Both the position numbers and the translations under genes were made by a program. Under the pieces are notes generated by a model. The model had not been told where the DNA came from and searched no databases. It saw nothing but the letters and a program-made list of their open reading frames with translations. This document shows, piece after piece, positions 51,487 through 53,117 of a DNA stretch of 53,117 nucleotides (position 1 is its first letter; each line of letters begins with the position of its first letter). This DNA is from a virus (taxonomy: Duplodnaviria; Caudoviricetes): the IMG/VR virus record IMGVR_UViG_3300030110_004955, positions 1 through 53,117 of that record; one strand, written 5' to 3'.

Positions 51487-51708
51487 GTGGAAAAGAGAAG
51501 AGCATCGGTATCAGGTTCTTTCGGTAAGCCGAAGTCGGCTTCGGGTGTGACCTCAATTGGCAGGCAAGATAAAGTCCATTCAGCTTTGGGCGCTATGACC
51601 GGTGGCATTGGTTACGGCATGTTTAGTGGTATTGCTGGCCCAAAAGGCCATTCATCTGCAGCCGTGGCGCGGTTACAGGATAGACGAAAAAATAAGTTGG
51701 CTAAGTAG
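51487..51708 (+). CDS. Small basic Gly-rich protein
   Basis: 73 aa; fills the gap in the operon; GTG start without a clear RBS. Confidence 0.4.
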   Translation: MEKRRASVSGSFGKPKSASGVTSIGRQDKVHSALGAMTGGIGYGMFSGIAGPKGHSSAAVARLQDRRKNKLAK

Positions 51709-51717
51709 GAGTTTTAG

Positions 51718-53117
51718 ATGGCTACCCCAGAAAACATTGAGCGTTTGAAGACTCGTCGTAAGGATATTGCTGACGCAGAGGCTTTGGGTGAGGATGACGC
51801 TGTTGAAGGCTTTATGCCTGTGGAGCAATCAGAGTTTGAGTCTCGTGAAGATTATCGAGGCTACAAAATGCCGAAGGGTATGAGTCTTCCGCAAAGACGT
51901 GCGTATAAGAAAGCGATTGATGAGCGTGAGAATTTTCGCTCAAAAGCTGCACGTCAATTGCCCCGACAAGTAGAAGATTATATAAAAGAGCCGCTCAAGG
52001 ATTTTGGTCGTTCTGCAAAAGAAGTTGGTAAGGGTGTAGGTGAGTTTGCCGTTGATGCAGCCCTGACTGTTCCACGGGCTAAAGCTGCCATGTACACCGA
52101 TCCTGAGGGCTCAAAAGAGTTTATGGGTGCTGTTGCGTCTGGTGACCGTGAAGCACGTAAGCAGCTTGCTACAGGCGCATCTGAGTCAATGGTGGAGCCT
52201 GCCGCGACTATGGGTGACGCTGCGTTGACTAAGTATGCTGCCGAAGAGGGTGACTACGGTACTGCCGCTCTGTACGGTGCATCCGTTCTTTTGCCTTTTG
52301 TTTCGGTGGGTTGGTTGAAGGCCGCGTTGAAAGCAGGTGAGGTTCCCCCTGAGGCGGCGAAAAAGATTGCTGATCTAGAGAAGAGATACGAGGCTGGCGA
52401 CGTCACAGATGACATGCAGGTCCGACGTGAGTTGGCTCAGATCGAAGACGATCATGCATATGATTATCAGGCGTCGTTAGGTGAGCGCGACACAGACTTT
52501 GACTTTGAGTCAGTTAGCGGCAAGCCCCCAAGCGGTGGTCGTAGTATCGACGAGCGTTTAGCCGCAGAGGGTATTCCAGTCCGTTTTCCAGGGAGAACAG
52601 GTCCTCGTGATCCAGACTTCGAAATGCGCCGAGAAATTTCTACTCGAGACGCTTTTTATGGTGGTCAAGAAAGTGGTGGAAAACTGTTTCGTATTGGTGA
52701 TCGCTATATTGAAGCTGCTAATGTGGATGACGCGATTAGACTCGCGACAAACGAAGACGGTTTCGAGCACTATATAGCCGTACCGGACATACAGACAAGG
52801 TTTAATGTTCGGACTGAGGATGACTTGCGTCGTATTATAACTGAGGCTTCACCAGAAGAATCAGCGAAATATTTTGATATGAAAGGCGGCGGTCGTAGCA
52901 TTGACGATATTGAGGGACCGTCTGAGGCTGAGATCCAACAAATGGTCGAGACGAGCAAGTTTGGTGATCCTGAGGAATTAGAAATGATGAAAGAAGACAT
53001 GCGCCGTATGGCTGAGTTGGAACAGGGCGCTCAAATTGAAAGTGGTCGCGTTCGTCGTTCACGTACTCCTGGTGCTGCTGGTGCTTCCGGTAAGGTACCT
53101 GAGGGTACTTCTCGTGC
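51718..53117 (+). CDS. Large acidic protein, 3'-truncated (not in the ORF track)
   Basis: AGGAG RBS, MATPENIERLKTRRKDIAD...; the frame appears open to the window end. Confidence 0.7.
   Translation, partial: MATPENIERLKTRRKDIADAEALGEDDAVEGFMPVEQSEFESREDYRGYKMPKGMSLPQRRAYKKAIDERENFRSKAARQLPRQVEDYIKEPLKDFGRSAKEVGKGVGEFAVDAALTVPRAKAAMYTDPEGSKEFMGAVASGDREARKQLATGASESMVEPAATMGDAALTKYAAEEGDYGTAALYGASVLLPFVSVGWLKAALKAGEVPPEAAKKIADLEKRYEAGDVTDDMQVRRELAQIEDDHAYDYQASLGERDTDFDFESVSGKPPSGGRSIDERLAAEGIPVRFPGRTGPRDPDFEMRREISTRDAFYGGQESGGKLFRIGDRYIEAANVDDAIRLATNEDGFEHYIAVPDIQTRFNVRTEDDLRRIITEASPEESAKYFDMKGGGRSIDDIEGPSEAEIQQMVETSKFGDPEELEMMKEDMRRMAELEQGAQIESGRVRRSRTPGAAGASGKVPEGTSR

Noticed and set aside
1-53117. 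Integrase, large terminase, portal, major capsid, RNA polymerase, tRNA/rRNA genes
   Set aside because: No diagnostic motifs were recognised; they may lie outside the window or be too diverged to see by eye.

Overview
The window is a 53 kb piece of a tailed dsDNA bacteriophage genome, probably podovirus-like given its very large ejection-type virion proteins; the host cannot be determined from sequence alone. Layout: (1-16852, +) virion proteins, including a 2774-aa polyvalent protein with zincin and GNAT motifs, plus fibre-like proteins; (16863-20435, +) four paralogous small beta proteins and a lysis cassette with a YkuD-like putative endolysin; (20589-21145, -) an XRE regulator at a divergent promoter pair; (21239-34681, +) replication/recombination genes (SNF2-like helicase, Cas4-like nuclease, Sak4-like ATPase, putative SSB, UDG-PolA fusion, Rad50-like ATPase, DUF927 helicase, TerS-like HTH); (35228-47129, -) a long early-type operon of small genes; (45800-48200) non-coding DNA with iteron-like repeats and operator-like palindromes; (48231-53117) mixed small genes, a DUF2589 pair and a truncated large ORF. 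The most striking element is at 39477-41070: a stand-alone RAMP/Cas7-like gene and a translationally coupled partner gene, flanked on both sides by four non-coding units with strict 5-nt periodicity (a conserved CC-type triplet alternating with a variable dinucleotide, 54 pentamers in total). Each unit closes with the same YGCAT plus U-rich motif. This looks like a non-CRISPR, programmable RNA-guided system (VIPR-like). All family assignments come from reading motifs by eye, not from database searches.
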